Assembly: GCA_934122215.1 (NCBI GenBank)
Contig: CAKOWF010000001.1
Location: 6,995 to 70,994, forward strand
Source of the DNA: an uncultured Bacilli bacterium
Lineage (GTDB): Bacteria; Bacillota_I; Bacilli_A; RF39; UBA660
Direction of reading: 5' to 3'
DNA: 64,000 nucleotides
The position numbers and the translations under genes are program-made. Shown one piece after another: positions 62,045-64,000 of the stretch (positions are counted from its first letter, which is position 1; each line of letters begins with the position of its first letter). Below the pieces are notes generated by a model, which did not search any database, had not been told where the DNA came from, and was given only the letters and a program-made list of their open reading frames with translations.

Positions 62045-63052
62045 TTATTTTAAAGCTTCTAATAATTCAGCTTTTTTCATTGTAGAGTATCCTTTGATAT
62101 CTTTTTCTTTAGCTAATTCTCTAAGTTCAGCTACAGTCATTTTATCTAAAGATACTTCTTTTTTTTCTTCTTTTACTTCTTTTTTAGTTTCTTTAACTTC
62201 TTCAGTTTTTACTTCTTTTTTATCATTTTTCTTGAAACCTTTATTTTCAAATTTATTTGATTTAAAATTTTTATTTTCTTTTCTTCTATCTTCTCTTTTT
62301 TTAACAGTTTCTAAAGCTTTTTCCATGATATTAACATCTTTTTCTTCTTCTTTAGTGTAGTCTACTAATTTACCACCATTAGCTTCTACTATAGCATTAG
62401 CCATAACACCAGTAATTAATTTTACTGCACGAATTGCATCATCATTACCTGGAATTACATAGTCTACCATATCTGGATCACAGTTAGTATCTACGATACC
62501 AAATACTGGAATTCCTAATCTTCTAGCTTCACGAATTGCTATATATTCTTTAGATGGATCTACAATAAACATTGCTTGTGGTAATTTGTACATATCTCTA
62601 ATACCACATAATAATTTATTTAATTTTTCGTATTCTTTTTTGATTCCAATTACTTCTTTTTTAGGTAATTTATCAAAAGTACCATCTTTTTCCATTTTTT
62701 CGATGTCTTCTAATCTTTTAACTCTTCTTCTAATTGTTTTGAAGTTTGTTAAAGTACCACCTAACCATCTTTCTGAAACATAATAAGAGTTTGAACGAAT
62801 TGCTTCTTCTTTGATAGCTTCACTAGCTTGTTTTCTAGTTCCAACGAAAATAACTTTTCCACCATTAGCTACAATATTTTTTAATGCAGCATAAGCTTCT
62901 TCTATTTTTTCTGCTGTTTTCTTTAAATCAATTATATATATTTCATCTCTTGAAGTATATATATATTCTTTCATTTTTGGATTCCATCTTTTTGTTTGAT
63001 GACCAAAATGTACACCTGTTTCAAGTAAATAACTCATTGACACTACTGCCAT
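62045..63052 (-). CDS. rpsB: 30S ribosomal protein S2 with ~85-aa K/E-rich C-terminal extension ending in a Rho_N/SAP-like motif
   Basis: N-terminal 250 aa is canonical S2. Tail ...[45 protein letters not shown]. Confidence 0.9.
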   Translation of the reverse strand: MAVVSMSYLLETGVHFGHQTKRWNPKMKEYIYTSRDEIYIIDLKKTAEKIEEAYAALKNIVANGGKVIFVGTRKQASEAIKEEAIRSNSYYVSERWLGGTLTNFKTIRRRVKRLEDIEKMEKDGTFDKLPKKEVIGIKKEYEKLNKLLCGIRDMYKLPQAMFIVDPSKEYIAIREARRLGIPVFGIVDTNCDPDMVDYVIPGNDDAIRAVKLITGVMANAIVEANGGKLVDYTKEEEKDVNIMEKALETVKKREDRRKENKNFKSNKFENKGFKKNDKKEVKTEEVKETKKEVKEEKKEVSLDKMTVAELRELAKEKDIKGYSTMKKAELLEALK

Positions 63053-63241
63053 TTAAATTCCTCCTTTTGTTATTAACTTCCATTACTTCGAACTTATACC
63101 ACTTTATAAAAAGCACCCGATATAAGAATCCATAATGTGACAATTGAAAAGCCAAACATAGTATATCAAAATTATTATGAATTTACAAGAAAAATATATG
63201 TATTTAAAAGAAAAAATATGAAAAAAAGATAACATTTATTG

Positions 63242-64000
63242 TTATCTTTCTGTTAAATTATCTATAGGTCCATTTTCAATGGTACTTTTTACAAAATTAT
63301 ATTTTCCTGTTGTTTTATTTAATTTATATATATGAGTAATAGTTGCTGCTTTATCTAAATATGAATCAACAGAAAGTACCTTACCAGAATCTTTATCTCT
63401 ATGATAAGTTTTAGAATCTATATATGGACTATTTGCTTCATAATGATTTAAATTATAAATTGTGCAATCAATACTCATATTTTCATCTACTGAGTAATCA
63501 ACATATATTACTTTTTCTTTTACTGTTATTGTATCATCTGATAAGGTTGCTGATACAATTTTTCTTAAATCAAATTTAATATATGGTAATAAATGTACAC
63601 CACTTGCACCAAAGATAACTGTATATGTATCATCATCTTTATTGTAAGAATATATAGACATATAAGTGTTTTCTGGTTCTACATTCTCTACTACCTTTAT
63701 ACCTGTTCCTATTGCTTTTTCCTTTTCGAATTTTACATTTTCTCCAAATATTTCTGATATTTTATCTTGAAATAATGAAGCTTTTATTAAATAATAATTT
63801 GTACCAAAATCAGATATATCATTAGTTTTAGTAAAATCGGTTTCTTTAAATTGAATACTATCAAATGCTATTTTAGCTAACTCATCTTGAGTAAAGCTTT
63901 CATAAGAAATACGATTTTGTTCATATGTATAATCTTTTAATTCATTATATAAGTTTATAAATCTTTCATCATTTAAATTTAAATTTTCTTCCTTTGTTTG
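63242..64000 (-). CDS. hypothetical protein (5' end beyond window)
   Basis: ORF-track lists 63242..63661, but own translation shows the frame stays open upstream to position 64000 (...GENVKFEKEKAIGTGIKVVENVEPENTYM SIYSYN...). At least 253 aa. Confidence 0.45.
   Translation of the reverse strand, partial: QTKEENLNLNDERFINLYNELKDYTYEQNRISYESFTQDELAKIAFDSIQFKETDFTKTNDISDFGTNYYLIKASLFQDKISEIFGENVKFEKEKAIGTGIKVVENVEPENTYMSIYSYNKDDDTYTVIFGASGVHLLPYIKFDLRKIVSATLSDDTITVKEKVIYVDYSVDENMSIDCTIYNLNHYEANSPYIDSKTYHRDKDSGKVLSVDSYLDKAATITHIYKLNKTTGKYNFVKSTIENGPIDNLTER

Noticed and set aside
1-64000. CRISPR arrays, rRNA genes, IS elements/transposases, integrases
   Set aside because: No spaced direct-repeat arrays, no rRNA-like conserved stretches, and no ORF with DDE or tyrosine-recombinase motifs were seen in any frame.

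Overview
This is a very AT-rich window, roughly a quarter GC by eye. Standard-code ORFs run end to end, and almost every gene is on the minus strand. Content and local gene order are Bacillus-like: recX-rpoZ, yqfQ-like/trmK/sigA/dnaG, rsmE-mtaB, ruvA-ruvB-[insert]-queA, rlmN-prpC-prkC-rsgA-rpe and rpsB-tsf-[insert]-frr. This points to a low-GC Gram-positive bacterium (Bacillota). I called about 60 CDS, two tRNAs (Gln-CUG and Glu-CUC) flanking a gltX-like gene, one T-box leader and several terminator-like hairpins. I saw no rRNA, CRISPR array, transposase or integrase.

The most unusual content is a dispersed, non-canonical type IV pilus or pseudopilus system. A prepilin peptidase and a PilC/GspF-like platform protein with a ~260-aa extra N-terminal TM/coiled-coil region sit together, with no extension ATPase anywhere in 64 kb. 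Two genes with near-identical class-III (prepilin) N-termini (MK[K/R]KGFTLIELLAVIVIL..IALIATPMI) are inserted into conserved housekeeping clusters. One is a 1127-aa pilin fused to three parallel beta-helix-like modules (GLUG-like GG(I/L)AG repeats), the last two being a ~960-bp near-identical DNA duplication, and it lies between ruvB and queA. The other is a 356-aa pilin fused to a DUF1566/Lcl-C-like domain and lies between tsf and frr, exactly where pyrH normally sits.

Other points of interest:
- Two large surface proteins, one with 114-bp tandem repeats, lie next to pilD/pilC.
- A compact 586-aa AlaRS lacks the C-Ala domain and is translationally coupled to a P-loop kinase.
- A valine-type T-box leader has a hypothetical ORF inserted between it and valS.
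- An HD-GYP domain protein has degenerate catalytic motifs.
- A three-gene hypothetical module lies immediately downstream of tRNA-Glu.
- A BclA-like collagen-repeat protein is present.
- A Bce-like ABC plus two-component module is present.
- Ribosomal protein S2 carries a C-terminal Rho_N/SAP-like tail.
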